Positions 26,051 to 39,800 of a stretch of DNA of 64,000 nucleotides are shown here, piece by piece. Under the pieces are notes generated by a model. It saw nothing but the letters and a program-made list of their open reading frames with translations. It ran no database searches and was not told the origin of the DNA. Position 1 is the stretch's first letter. Each line of letters opens with the position of its first letter. Origin of the DNA: Podarcis liolepis (lineage: Eukaryota); NCBI GenBank assembly GCA_965112155.1, contig OZ218104.1; one strand, 5' to 3'. The translations under genes were made by a program, and so were the position numbers.

Positions 26051-27611
26051 CATTGGGGCTGTCCTTCTCCTCTCCAGGTAACCTTAAAAGCTCCTGCTTG
26101 CCAGAGGTATGAGCTGAAGGGCAAGAGATTAAAGGAACTTGGCCTGGGGCCCATTCCCATTCCAAGGAAAGTGAGTCCAGTACACTCCTCAAAAGAGGTC
26201 GTTGAAAGCAGTTGTCTTAAATACAGAAGAAATAACATCCCATACAATCTGTATCTTCTATGGAACCTGATGCCCCACCCCTCCAAAAACAACATAGAAA
26301 TGATTTCTCTCTTTGAGGGTGGAAAAGAAGTCAAGATGAAAAATTTATTGTGTGCGGTTGCTGCACAGGATGGAAAAGGCCATTCCCAGAGAGAAAATGT
26401 CAAGTGACAAAGGGTTGCTGCTCAGCAGCCATTTCTGATATTTTGAATCACTGGGTGGGCAACTTCAACACACGCACACCTGCCCTCCTTTCTTAGCCTG
26501 GTGTCAAAGCCCCCAAATCTGTTACGCTGATGGGGTTGTTGATGGGAAGGAGGTCAGTGGAAGAGAGAACCTGCTTGCGTGCAGAGAGCCCCAGGTTTCA
26601 TATTACAAAATACACGTTGCACATGCTCAGGAACAGTCATTCAAGGTCAAGGGATGTGCAGGAATCAGGGTGAGGTGCAAATTTAAGCCCAGCCTGCACA
26701 TTGTGATGCAACAACCCTACGTTCAGAGGGCTTGTAAAAAACCAGTTGGCCACTAGGGTGTAGCAAAGGCATTGCAGCAAATCCTGCCTGAATCTACTGG
26801 CTGCAGTAGGTCAGGAACTACAGTACTTTAAAGAACCTAAGAAGGCCGTGGGATCATAGCTATTTCCAAAAGTCAGCGTGTTTCCACAGATTAGTTGCTT
26901 TGTTAGACCCAGAGAACAATGGAGGCAGTGCTGATAAGGTGACCTTTTTAATGTGCTCATTTTGTACCATGTGTCTAAGCTTGGTGTGCTATGCTTCATC
27001 AAACTCAAAAAAGAGCTCATTTCTCAAGCACATGGGAATCACACTGGAGAGTTCCAAATGGCGAGACTCCTGCACGATGAAAGGGAGACCTTCTGGTTTC
27101 CTACATCATTTACAAGGGGAAGGCCAGGAGTCTTTGGGATTCGTGGAGCTGAAGGCTATCAATGCCTGCTAGCCCCAATGCCTATGTTCCAGCTGCAGTC
27201 AGAAGTCGTATGCCTCTGAACACCAGTTGCTGGAAAGTGCAGGAGGGGAGGGTGCTGTTGCACTCACGTCCTGCTTGCACACTTCCCAGAGAAATCTGCT
27301 CTGCCACAGTGAGAGCAGGATACTGGGTTAGATGGGCCATTGGGTTAGATGGGCCATTGGCTTGATCCTGCAGGGCTCTTCTTAGATGTCCTTAAAGCCA
27401 ATAAATCAAATTATTTTCAAAAGAAACCCCAAACCCCTAATTTCAAACAACCCTTTCCTTATATGCCGCGTAACTTGTGCCCAGCTAAGTAAAAAACTGA
27501 GTATAATTTATAAATTACTAAGCATTCACCCAGATTTCCTTGCACAAAGGTAAAATTATATCCAGACTTTATCAAGCCTTCGTTCTGAATTGCTTGCAGG
27601 GCGCTTATATA

Positions 27612-27780
27612 CCGTATTTTTTGCACCATAACACTCACTTTTTTCCTCCTAAAAAGTAAGGGGAAATGTCTGTGCGTGTTATGGAGGGAATGCCTACGGG
27701 TGGCATGCCTATGGATTTTCCTCCTCTAAAAACTACGTGCGTGTTATGGCCGGGTGCGTGTTAGAGAGCGAAAAATATGG
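27612..27780. mobile_element. pogo/Tigger-type MITE
   Basis: TA|ccgtatttttt ... aaaaatatgg|TA. Confidence 0.75.
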
Positions 27781-29361
27781 TACCTTCCTGCTATTCATTA
27801 ATCCATCTGAGACTTTTTAATGCCTTTCCACGTTACTTTCCTAACTGCAAAAGGCTAGTTTCTTTTTTCAAAGTGGATTTGTTGAGCGAATGAGCATCTC
27901 CCTATATACACTTGAATTCCTTCTGTAAAATACCAGCAGTCTGGAGGTATCCCCAGCAACTCATTTCGCTCCCATTTGTCGCTCAGTTGCACAGATGAGC
28001 TTTGCAAGACACTGGGTATTTGAATCCCACACGGAAATACAAACAGCCTGGAAACAATCATACAAAATTGATAAACCACTTGATTGTGCAAACAAAACAA
28101 AAAAAACCTCAAAGTGGTTTGTAAGAAAGGGGGGGGAGATTACCAGTAAAACAACAACAACTACTACTACTACTAAAAGCTATTTAATTCATTAAAAAAA
28201 TAAAATCAACAACTAGCTAAAAGTCAGATTAAAACATTAAAGCATCTCTGGATAGCCTTGCCTAAGCAAGTCTGTTTTAGCAGGCACCAAAAATTGTACA
28301 GTGAAGGCACCTGCCTGATGTCAGTAGAGTGTGGGTGCTATCAAGCTAAAAGAGCAATTTCTTACAAATGTAGAACAAGTATTATGTGGCACCTGCAACA
28401 GTGGCAGTTCTGCAGATCAAAGCAGTTGAGGAGACCTATATGGAGCAAGGTGATCTCACAGGTAAACTGGTCCCAAGTTGTCTTGAATGGGGCCCAGCAG
28501 CAAATCAGCAACCAGTTTAGGCCTCTGAGCAAAGCTGTTAGATGCTGACAGGATCTCACTCCTGTTAGCCAGCGTTGTGCAATTACAGTCAACAGAGAAG
28601 TCCTGCGCAACAAACCCACTTTCCCGAAAGACTGGGCTTTTTCCAAGAAGGAAATGAAAGTTGAGGTGCACTGGAAATGTCTTCTAATCTCCTTGCAAAG
28701 AAATCTGGATGAACGCTCAGTAAACTGGTAGGCTGGAAACACCTTGCATTCCTAGCATGTGATCTCAAAAGCATCTTTTTAATCTCCAAGAAGGAGCTTC
28801 CTTCTGTGACTGCGCCCCACGCTGTCCCTAGTGAATGCAGTGTGAGAAGACACCCACCCACAGAAAGCTCTCATCCAGATAGAAAGATACAGCAATTAAC
28901 ACATTTTTAATCACCCACCGGAAATAAGCACGTCCTGCTGACAAGCCACAGCTGCGCAATGGGGAAGGGCATGCGAAATATTCACATCGGATAAATGTGG
29001 CATTTCCACTTATTTCCGCACCTGCACGGGTTCCCCCCCCCTCCAAACAAGCTGCATCCAATTAAGCTGTCTTGCAAATTAGGCCTCTAAGATCTGGGCT
29101 GGTTTGCGGCAAAGATCAGCCTGCCCGCCTAGACTCTCGTAATCGTATGAATTAATTATCCACTTCAATTCCCAACGTGGCAAAATTACGGACAATTTTG
29201 ATTTGCAATTTTCACCCTACCACCCTCACCACATAATCAATCCTCACAATGCACATGCAGATAATCAAAATATAATGGAGTCTCCTGGGGCTCAAAGACT
29301 ATGCAAGGGGTGGAGCCTGTAAGCGAAGGAGGTGTGCCTGCCCTAACAGAGGGGTGGAGCT

Positions 29362-29770
29362 TAGGGATAAATTAATCTGTCAATTCCGATTCTTCTTCAT
29401 TTCTCATTTTTTTCTAGTCTTACATTTAGTTCTTACATTGCCACATCACTTTGATTTTATGATTATTTTTTAAAGTCCTCACAAAATTTCATCAGCATTT
29501 TTGGGTAATTTCTCCTGATATACATTTTTATATGCAGTTCTGCCTATTTCACACATTTTCTGCAAAGCAGTTTTCCCTAATATAATGCACTGTATGTTAT
29601 TTCACAAAGATACGCATTCCTGCCCCAGGATACGCATTTTTGTACACATCACTTGGCTCAAGAATGGCATTGCAAAATTCAGAGGTGTGTGGATTTCAAA
29701 GGATGCCTGTGTTTCAGTTCACGTATTGTGAATTAGGTAGGTTCTGAACTGAATTCCTCCCTCATCTCTA
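29362..29770. mobile_element. hAT (TAGGGAT-TIR) non-autonomous element
   Basis: tagggat...catctcta ends, degenerate TSD gtggagct/ctggagcc; homologous to 62037-62701. Confidence 0.65.
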
Positions 29771-30770
29771 CTGGAGCCTAATGACACTTGTGGGATCTGA
29801 CGGCTGTGTCCAACTAAGTTCTACTCACGCAGTGGACTCACTGAGATTGATGGGCCTAATTTAGTTGTGTCTATTAATTTCAATAGGTATACTTTGAGTA
29901 GGACCAGCATTGGATTGACCCTAACCATTTTTTAGTTGATCTTTTAAACTGAAAATTTATTAAAGGAGGCAAAACACACAGAAGGGGATACAAATGGATT
30001 TTACAAGCCATCACGTTCACTAAAAGACTTATACTTCAAGCCTGTAAGGATAAGGACTCACTATCTATGGCTTGAAGACCTAAGTTTTACCAACTCTGGT
30101 CTATGGGCACAGATAAGTTGGTTTCATTTGATGGGAAGGGAAGGACCCAGTCTTGCAGCCCTAAACTTGTGTGTGTGTGCATTTCATTTATTCCACACCT
30201 TACCATATTTACCTTTAGTACTGCTCTGGTGACCAGACGACTGTTGGAACCGTAAGGACAGCTTCATTCAGCACTACAGCATGTGCAGGAGGTCTCAAGT
30301 CCTATCCCTCAAATCTCCAGTTCAAAGGATCTGATCATAAGCAATGGGAAAGACTCCTGGATAGTGGCTGCCAGTCACAGTAGACAAAACTGGACTGGAT
30401 GGGCAAATAATCTGACCTGGCATAAAGCAGGTTCCTAATGATGCTATGCCTGGCTCCTAGAATTTATAGCAATTCAGAGGCTTTGTCCCATTGATAGCAG
30501 GGGACAAGGCTGCATGGTTCCATCCCTTCCTTGACTAAAGAAGTCTCTAGTGGTTACCAGGGCCAAGCTGGAAGTACTGGCTGTTTCAATTGACCTGTTT
30601 ATTGAGCATTCATTCTGATGAGCTTAAGCAGAAGTCTGGTCTTTATCGAGCATTCATCTTGATTTGTTTGTGGGGAGGTTTTGCAACAATGAGCATTCAT
30701 CCTGATTCGCTTAAGCAGAGGTTAGACTATGGTCTTTATCAAGCAGTCGTCCAGATTGCAGAGGTTAGAC

Positions 30771-30993
30771 CAGTGGTTCCTAACCTTTCTTTGGCCATGC
30801 CCCACCTAAGCATCTCTAAAATCCTGATGCCCACCCCCCGTGACATATAATTCTTATTATTCAAAAAGTGAACTCCTATTCACGTGGAGGAAACCTAAAA
30901 GGCCATTAACTGTTAATAACTCATTCTCGAATTGTCCCCTTAAAAATCAAATTGCCCCCCTGTGGGGCGTGTGTCCCACATTGGGGACCACAG
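30771..30993. mobile_element. hAT MITE inserted in a ~45-bp degenerate tandem repeat
   Basis: cagtggttcctaa...ttggggaccacag; TSD ggttagac/ggttaaac; flanking unit gcagaggttagactatggtctttatcaagcagt repeats on both sides. Confidence 0.75.
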
Positions 30994-33247
30994 GGTTAAA
31001 CTATGGTCTTTATCAAGCAGTTGTCCAGATTGCAGAGGTTAGACTATGGTCTTTAACGAGCATTCGGTCAGATTCGCTTGTGCAATATTGACATGTCTTC
31101 CCATTGGTCATTTGCTCATCCCACTTTCTTCAATTCAGTTCCCCATCGTTTCTCTAACCACAAAAAAAGCCCGCTAGTGAACAAACCAACCTACTTTCAC
31201 CCACCCTAATGGCGCTAAATTTCCCAGAGTCCCTGGGGGCTGCTGCTCAAAGTCCAGTCAGCAGAAGGTCACTGCTGTGCTGCCCTGACTACAGTGTGAG
31301 AGGCCAACCTTTGCGGTACTTATATACCAGGCCCGACGAATCCGAAGGCTTCGTACTGCCAGCCAATCGCTGGAGCCGGTGTTGCGTGCTCCTGTTTCCA
31401 TTTATGCCAGAAGAGGGCACTGAAGCCAATTCCCTTAGTAGATTAGGCCTTTGCCTCAAATCTAGCCAAGGCCTCAAGAGGCCCTGACAAAAGCTCTATT
31501 CACTGAAAACAGCTTCCATGCAACCCCCGTTTCTTTTCATAATAGCCTACACAGAAACAAAACTTGGGTTACTTGCTCTGAAAAGTTCAAGAGCAAAAAT
31601 GCTGCCCCTTCTTTCAGTATTGAAGGTCAAAAAATCTCCGTCCCAAAGGCCTGGAATTTTCTCCCAAAGCAGGCTGCTGCTGTCAGCTCTGTTGCCAAGG
31701 CAACAGTCATATATCCTGAGGAAAGGACTGCACTCTTACCAGCTATAAGCCACAGAAGCAAATATTGATTCCAGAGTTCCAGATGAATTTTTTGGGTGGG
31801 TTTTTTTTTTAAGCCCCCCCTTTTCTGTGTCAAAGAATTTCCTCCCCTCCTTTTTCTTTTTTGGAACACGCGTTCTTCCGAATAGTTGAGTTATAACGAC
31901 ATTTAACATAACCCTTTTTTAAGGACACAGCAGGATGTAAACTGTTTCCAAACGAAAATACAGTTTTCCCCCAGAAACATTGTAATGGCTGCAACAGATG
32001 CTTCTCACTTCCGCACTGTCAGCTAGCGGTGGAACGGGATACAAAAAAATCTGGGTTTTCTTTTTCAAATGAAGTTTTTATTTTTTAAAAAAGAAATGAA
32101 TATTTGCTTGTGGTATCAATAGTTTTAAAGGGGCAATATAAATAAATTTGGGTGTATATCAATCTTCACTGGAGAACAAGAAATCTCAATATTTACTGGG
32201 CGAAATATGCCCAACAAGCCAGCTTTACTCAGTGCAATTAATTGTGGGATGCCGTAAGAGTCAGTCCCTTTGATGTCCAAAGCAATGAGCAAGACTTACA
32301 GCTTGAGATGGGTGAACTGCCACTTCGGGTTTCTCATTTCTCCACCTTTAAGTTCAGCTGTCCACATTTCCACATCAGTTTGCCAATTTATTTTTCAAGT
32401 CCCCATGAAAATTCACCTGAACTAGCCTAATGAAGAGTTACAGAGAACCTAAAATCTTGTGGCATTTTGGCTGGCCAAATAAAGGCATTGCCCTAATGTG
32501 GGTTTTTGAATTATTTATTTATTATGAATTGATTCCCCCCAGTGTGAAAGCATTTCCAGCATGATATCACCATGTTGCAATCCTTACAACAACCCTGTAA
32601 GGTAGGTAGGTAGGTCAGTACCCTCATCTTCCATATTGCAGTTCTGGAGCTGAGGATGGGAGAGAAAATGGCTTGTTGCTGAAAAGTCACCAGCACATGT
32701 GAAATTTGGGGCAGGCAGGAGATCCCAGCCTCTGTGAGTTGCCAGTGTTGTGTACCTCAACATATTCAGCAAGCGGGTAAGCCCTCAGCACTTTCTATAA
32801 AAAGTGACCTTCAAACTATGGTCAAGGACGATTCTTAAAGAGCAAACAGCGAAACACATGCTCAAGAGAAACTACCCAGAATCCTTTGTAGCATGGCAGG
32901 GTTTACTTGAAAGACAGGTTTACATGAAACGGTTCCCTCTAAAACAGTAATGTATTGAACAATTAACTTGATCACGACAGGCGACCAGGGGATTCCATGT
33001 AGGCGAGAAGGCAGATTACTCTACCCCTCCTCCCCAACTCACTTGGTTTCTGAGCTAGTTGCTGAGGAAAAAAACTCCCTCCTCAATTATTGGCATGGAA
33101 ACGCTTCCCAGCTTCCATGCCCTGCACGTAAGCTGTCCTTTGCCAACCTTGGCACTCTCCAGATATTTTTAGACTACAATTCCCATCAGTGCCAGCTGCT
33201 GATGGGATTTGTAGTTCAAAACCACTGAACAACACCAGGTTGGTGAA

Positions 33248-33398
33248 GGCTGGGATAGCTCAGTCGGTAGAGCATAAGACTCTTAATTTCAGTGTTGTGG
33301 GTTTGAGCCCTACGTTGGGCAAAATATTCCTGTATTTGCAAGGGGTTGGACTAGATGGCTCTTGTGGTCCCTCCCAACTCTACAATTCTATGAATCTA
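33248..33398 (+). mobile_element. tRNA-Lys(CTT)-derived head plus CR1-type tail SINE
   Basis: tagctcagtcggtagagcataagactcttaatttcagtgttgtgggtttgagccctacgttgggc resembles tRNA-Lys; followed by attcctgtatttgcaaggggttggactagatg...caactctacaattctatga. Confidence 0.75.
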
Positions 33399-34170
33399 TT
33401 TTGTGAACACTCATAGGAGGCTAGTAACATTTTAAACTTCTATGGGCTTATTTACAGAATACTGCCCTAAAACCAGAAATCTGGGGGCAGCAATCACTGT
33501 TCTGGAAGTTATGCCATGTGTGAAGATGACTTCAGTCCAGATCTCATAGACACCTTCATTTCCTTTCCCCTCTAAGCAGCTTTGCAGCACTGGATGAACT
33601 GAAAGACAAGTTAAAACGTGGCAGGAGCTTGATGAATAAGTGACCCCATTTCAGTCTTGGCCAGTGTGCTGTGCTTGGAACAGGCAGCTTAAACCAATCT
33701 GATTTTTGACTCACTGACATAAAAGGGATCTTATGAGATGCCGCCACCATCCATGGCAAGAAGGCAGTTTTGGCTTCCGAGAGAGACAGAGATGATTGCC
33801 AAGTTCTTCTGAAGAACCCTGGACTCCAAGCAGCCATCTTATTTACTGTGCTATCTACCAGCCTTGGAAAGTAAAAGCTTGAAAAAACTCTCACCCTATC
33901 ATCAACGAGGTCACATCTCCACTATACATTTTTAAATACTTTAGCAGCCATGTCTTCCCTCAAAGGAATCCTGGGAACTGTGGTTTGTTGAGGGTGCTAG
34001 GAATTGTAGCTCTAGGAAAAATCTTCTCTCAGTGCTTTTAATGAACTACGACTTCCAGGATTCTTTGGGGGAAGCCATGACAGTTGAAGTGGTAGAAGAG
34101 GGCTTTAAATGCATGGTGTGTATGTGAACTGACTTAGGATGTGGAATTGGGCATGTTTAGTCTAGAGAAT

Positions 34171-34533
34171 GGGGAGGCGGGTGGCGCTGTGGGTAAAACC
34201 TCAGTGCCTAGGACTTGCTGATCGTATGGTCGGCGGTTCGAATCCCCACAGCGGGGTGAGCTCCCGTCTTTCGGTCCCAGCTCCTGCCCACCTAGCAGTT
34301 CGAAAGCATCCCTAAGTGCAAGTAGATAAATAAGTACCGCTTTATAGCGGGATGGTAAACGGTGTTTCCGTGTGCTGCGCTGGTGCTGGCTCGCCAGAGC
34401 AGCTTCGTCACACTGGCCACGTGACCCGGAAGTGTCCTCGGACAGCGCTGGCTCCCGGCCTCTTAAGCGAGATGGGCGCACAACCCCAGAGTCGGTCACG
34501 ACTGGCCCGTACGGGCAGGGGTACCTTTACCTT
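34171..34533 (+). mobile_element. Sauria SINE (distinct subfamily) inserted in a CR1 remnant
   Basis: TSD tttagtctagagaat/tttagcctagagaat; (ACCTTT) tail; CR1-like sequence resumes at ~34810-35150. Confidence 0.88.
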
Positions 34534-35047
34534 TTTAGCCTAGAGAATAGGGGCCTGTTTATGGAGCATTCATCCTGATTTGCTTCCAGAGAGATTAGAC
34601 AGTGTTGTCTATTTAGTAAGCATTAGTTCTGGTTTGTTTACGGGGAGGCTTTATGATGTTTCGTCAAAAACCAATATTACCACACACTTGCCTCATTGGG
34701 AGAAGTCTATTACACCACAATAACTCCTAATCAAGTGTAACTGTACAACCTACATTTGCCAGTCTGTGGTTACATCCCACTGGGAAACAGTGAGAGACTT
34801 GGCAGACCCCGGAAGACTGACGCAGGACACGACAGCACTCTTTAAAGTCACGAAGGCTGTCACATGGAAGAAGGCAGGACTTGGGAAGAGAACCAGATCA
34901 TATGGTTACAGGAGGGCAGATTCCGGAGGAACATTCGGCGAAACACTGTTTAATAGGAAGAGCAGTTTGACAGTGTAAACCAGTTACCTCCAGTTTCTCT
35001 CACTGGAGTTGTTCAAACATAGGTTGTTTTTTCCTGCACTGAATGTG

Positions 35048-35111
<64 letters not shown>

Positions 35112-36040
35112 CTAGATGGGTCACAAGGCCCCCTCCAATTCTGCAATTCTAACCACGGAATGAGGTATCAGGTATCAGGATCTGCAGGACTAGAAAGAGT
35201 TTTGAAGACTGGAAAGAAGATCTTGCGGGGTCCTCTACTTAACCCACACCTTATATTCTCATGCAAGGCTTGATGCCTCAAGACACCCACACCCCCTCAA
35301 GTAAGGCTGCAGGAAATTTAAAGATGGTGTGGAAACGCCAAAGGGAAGGGCTGTATCTCAGTGGTGGAACATCTCCTTTGCATGCAGAAGGTCCCAGGTT
35401 CAATCCCCAGGATCTGCAGGTAGGCTTGGGAGAGAACCTTGTATTGAGAGCCACTGCCAGTCAAGGTTGACAATACTGAGCTAGGTGGACTATTGGTCTG
35501 ATTCAGTTCACTATGTTCCTTAGGAGAGCTAAAGGTGGGCCAATTCAGATCCATTGACCCAAATGTCTGATGGAAGAGTTCTGTGTAACATGGAAGGCAG
35601 CATGTTTCAGCAACCGCAAAAGCAGGCTTAAGTCGATAGCCATCTTAAAAAAAATAAATCATTTAAATGTTGGTGCAAGAAGAAAAACTGCAAAATCTCT
35701 TCTGTGTCTAACAGTAATCCAAGCTCCTACGTTTTTTAGCTCATTTGAGAAAAAGATCATTTTAAAAAAATTCTCAGAAGATATATACAAATGCAACAAA
35801 ATAATTATGAAAAGGGGAAAAAATATCGTTTTATAGAATAAGAGGAAGTTTTAAACAGTGCAATTCTATACCCTCGTCTTATTGAGATCCAATGGAACTT
35901 ACTCCTAGATAAGTGTGTACAAAAGAAAAGGAATAAGCTCCATTGGACTCAATGGACTGTATCCAAGTTAGTCATGCTCAGAGCAGACTCAATGAAATTA
36001 ATGGACCTAAGTCATAATTTATCTATGGGTCTACTCTGAG

Positions 36041-36594
36041 TAGGGATGTCTGAAGACATCTTTTGCCCTGTACTCATTGCAGGCAGCACTGTTTCTGCTC
36101 TGCTGCAATTCATCTTCCACCAAAAACTACATTATTTGTTTCACTGTCTGCTGTGGCAAAATTACACAATTTATGTAACTTACAGAATTTATTACATTGT
36201 CATTACATTATTCTACTCCATTCGTTCAGTGTATAAGAAACACAATGTATTTTTTTGTGGGGGAAGGTTATCAATTATGTATTATTTGGATTGATTTCTG
36301 TTCTGGGCATTCCAGTAAATATTATACTGTATATATAATTCCAGTAAGATATTATATAAACAAGGAACTGCGGAAAGAGGGGGAGAGGAGTCAAAATAAG
36401 ATATATATACAATAAACGGTTTGCTTTTCAAGCTTTTCTCTCTTTTTTTGAACTTTTGCATGTTGTAAAATTAATTATATAAATATTATTATTTTTTTAA
36501 AAAAAGATTTCTGTTCTGGACAAGGGACGACTAAGCGAACACTGATAATTTCTGCTCCTGTTTCTGTTGTCATCAGAAACCTCTGACATCCCTA
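36041..36594. mobile_element. hAT MITE (TIR TAGGGATGTC) carrying a nested retroposed fragment at 36307-36505
   Basis: Exact 8-bp TSD actctgag (36033-36040, 36595-36602); inner 14-bp TSD gatttctgttctgg (36293-36306, 36506-36519) with an A-tail. Confidence 0.85.
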
Positions 36595-36834
36595 ACTCTG
36601 AGTATGACTAACACTGAATACAATCCGATAGGATTTGCTTCCAAGTCGACGCGTATAGAATGGCGCTGTAAGTTATCATCTATGTGTTTGCTACCACCAA
36701 GACAGGAAGGAAGTCTACAGAGAGCTCTTTGGTAACTAGAAGGATGTTGCAATAAGGAAAAACGATGCTTCTCTTGTTACATTTCAATTCCGATTGGTGC
36801 TTCTGGTCCAGCCAGCAGCTTTGCATTCTTGTTT

Positions 36835-36860
36835 TCATTTACAGTATTCTTTCCTGAATT
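36835..36860 (-). CDS. MXRA8: MXRA8 exon 10 coding part (EFRKEYCK*)
   Basis: Acceptor ctctttttgatttcAG; stop TGA at 36837-36835; human ends in FRKENCK. Confidence 0.92.
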
Positions 36861-39800
36861 CTGAAATCAAAAAGAGGAGATGGAGGATCAGGGGGATTTC
36901 ATGCCAGGATTCCACTGAGCCACAGTTGCATGTATCCAAATTTGAACATATGCCCGCTCCCGAAAAAAATAGCATCCAAAGGACCATAGAGCTTCCAATA
37001 ATTAAAAAAAGAAATAACAAATATAAACGTGGGCAGCTCCCAATTGAGTATTAAAAACAATTCAGCATTAAATATTAAAAACTTCCCTAAACAGGGCTGC
37101 CTTCAGATGTCTTTTAAAAACAGGATAGTTGCTTATTTCCTTGACATCTGATGGGAAGGCGTTCCACAGGGCAGGCGCCACCACCGAGAAAGCCCTCTGC
37201 CTGGTTCCCTGTAACCTCACTTCTCGCAGGGAGGGAACTGCCAGAAGGCCCTTGGCGCTGGATCTCAATGTCTGGGCTAAATGATGCGGGTGGAGATGCT
37301 CCTTCAGGTATACAGGACCGAGGCCGTTTAGGGTTTTAAAGTTCAGCACCAACACTTTGAATTGTGCTCGGAAACGTACTGGGAGCCAATGCAGATCTCT
37401 CAGGACCGGTGTTATGTGGTCCCGGCGGCCACTCCCAGTCACCAGTTTAGCTGCCACATTCTGGATTAATTGCAGTTTCCGGGTCACCTTCAAAGGTAGC
37501 CCCGCGTAGAGTGCATTGCAGTAGCCCAAGCGGGAGATAACTAGAGCATGCAATAAATCACTCTCAATAGAAAAGCAAGCAGAATGATTCCAAAACCAAA
37601 TTGAAGCAACCACAGCAATTAAAAGCACTGGGTTAGACTGGAAATGGCATGGCATGTTGATGGAGTACTGCTTACTCCTAACACTCGCTATGGCTAGTTC
37701 TACGCAGCCAACATGACTACGGGTCAAGGAGGCAGGTGGTTGGCCATACTTCTCCAAGTAATTTGTCTGCATCCTCAGGCTACAAGAAACTAAACTGACC
37801 CAGTATAGATGGAGCAGACTATGCTCTAACTGTGGCAACCAAATCTGAGTGATTTGATCCCTAAAGTGCCTTGCCTCTGCGGATGTCAGAGCAACGCTCT
37901 CTTGGCCAGAAAACAAAATCCCATTCACCACCCAGAAAAGCGCTGCCAGAGGGCTACTTGCAGATGCAATGGTAGCAGAGGAGTAAGCTTTCTTCAATGC
38001 CGCTACCACCATGCGGTAGGCACGATGGTGCAGCCTCACCCAGGTTCAGATCGCGACTTACACCACCTGCGCTCTAGCCACTGACCCTCCTGTTTCATAG
38101 CATGCAGGTCACTGGAATGCCAAGGCAACCTGCTTGTCTCACTGCACCCATAAGGACACTCAGGAGCAATTGTTTCAACGGCTCTATTTATCTCACCATT
38201 CCACCGTGAGACAAGAGCGCCAGCTGGCTTGAGAAACAGTGCATTAAAAAGTAGCAGTTTATAGCAAAAGGCAGAAGCACATGGATTTTGGACAATGTCG
38301 TGTGAATGCGGATTAAAAACCCAGTGAGTGCACGGTAAACGGCAGGGAGAATTCTCAAATGTGGAAGAAAGTGTCAAGAAGATTCTGCTAGCACATCAGA
38401 AGCCAGCATGCCGGCATTTCTCCCAAAGGGAAACAGTGACTCATCACCAGCAACCAAAAATCAATCACAGAGCTCATAATAACCCCCTTGTAAGCAAGCT
38501 GTGGTGGGCTTGATGAGAGGGTCAAAGCTATGGAAACTCCTTTTCTCCATCTGTGGCTGGCTTTGCTAACACCAGAGGGTGACACACCCTCTCCCATCAT
38601 GCACTGGGGAACTTCGCCAAGGGAAACACAAATTGCCCCAACTTCACCTCCTTCTCTTACCTTTATCTAAGTCAATGTTCTTAGGTGGGAGGACCCTGTT
38701 ATGTTCCGCCTTCTCCTTCAGGATATTGTTCTTGTAATCTGTAGCAGGAAAAGATCTCAGTTCAATGAGCAGCACTGAACAGACGCTGGTGGAGGCGAAA
38801 GCCCCAGAACACCCATCAAAGTTCCAAAGACAGTGTGCAGATTGGTTGGGGGGGGGGCTAAAGACGCAGATGGCGCTGTGGTCTAAACCACTGAGCCTCC
38901 TAGGCTTGCTGATCTGAAGGTCGGCGGTTTGAATCTCCATGACGGAGTGAGCTCCCGTTGCTCAGTCTCAGTTCCTGCCAACCTAGCAGTTTGAAAGCAC
39001 GCCAAAAAGTGCAAGGAGATAAATAGCGGGAAGGCAAATAACGTTTCCGTGTGCTGCTCTGGTTTCGGTGTTTTGTTGCACCAGAAGCGGCTTAGTCATG
39101 CTGGCCACATGACCCAGAAAAACTGTCTGCGGACAAACGCCGGCTCCCTTGGCCTGTAAATCAAGATGAGTGCCACAACCCCAGAGTTGTCTGTGACTGG
39201 ACTTAACTGTCAGGGGTCCTTTACCTTTACCTTTTTTAAAGAGGTCAGAGCATTTGTGAACTTTTCAAAGAAAGAAACATAATATATGTGGGGCTGGTCC
39301 TTGAGGCTAGTCTGGAAGCTTTAGCTAGTGCAGAACGCTGTAGCTAGACTTGTGACATGCAATATCGAAAGCAACATGATAGCCAGAAACAATTACAGTA
39401 TAGAAAACTTTATGGAATAATGCAAAACATCAAAATTATGAAACCAAAGTCTCTGAAAGTCCTTGAATAAGTCACATCAAGCTTGTAAACTTTGTATAAT
39501 CGGCTATTGTCCAATTCTGATGTCCAGCTCTGAACTCTGCTGAACAGTGTTTCTGGATAGCAACTACTGTTTCGTTCAGTTCTTCATCAGCCAATTAGTT
39601 CAACAAACACTCGTGAGTAGAAAGATGTGTAATAATCGTATGAGCACTGTTCCAGAGTATTTTTCATTCTCATGTATATTACATCAATTCGAAAAAAGAT
39701 TGGTTAATGAAGAAATTACACATCTTTGCAACACAGAGACTTGTGACAAGAACAGCCTATTGCTAACACATGTCACCCATCTTGAAAGACCTGCAGAGGC

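Noticed and set aside
33248-33321. tRNA-Lys gene (also tRNA-Ile at 43828 and tRNA-Ala-like heads)
   Set aside because: Acceptor stems and arms are mutated, and each runs into a repeat tail without a T-run terminator; these are SINE heads.
37068-38039. 323-aa ORF, the longest in the window
   Set aside because: Chance in-frame fusion of a young L2 C-terminal fragment, unrelated spacer and an older L2 fragment; no RT core, not a host gene.
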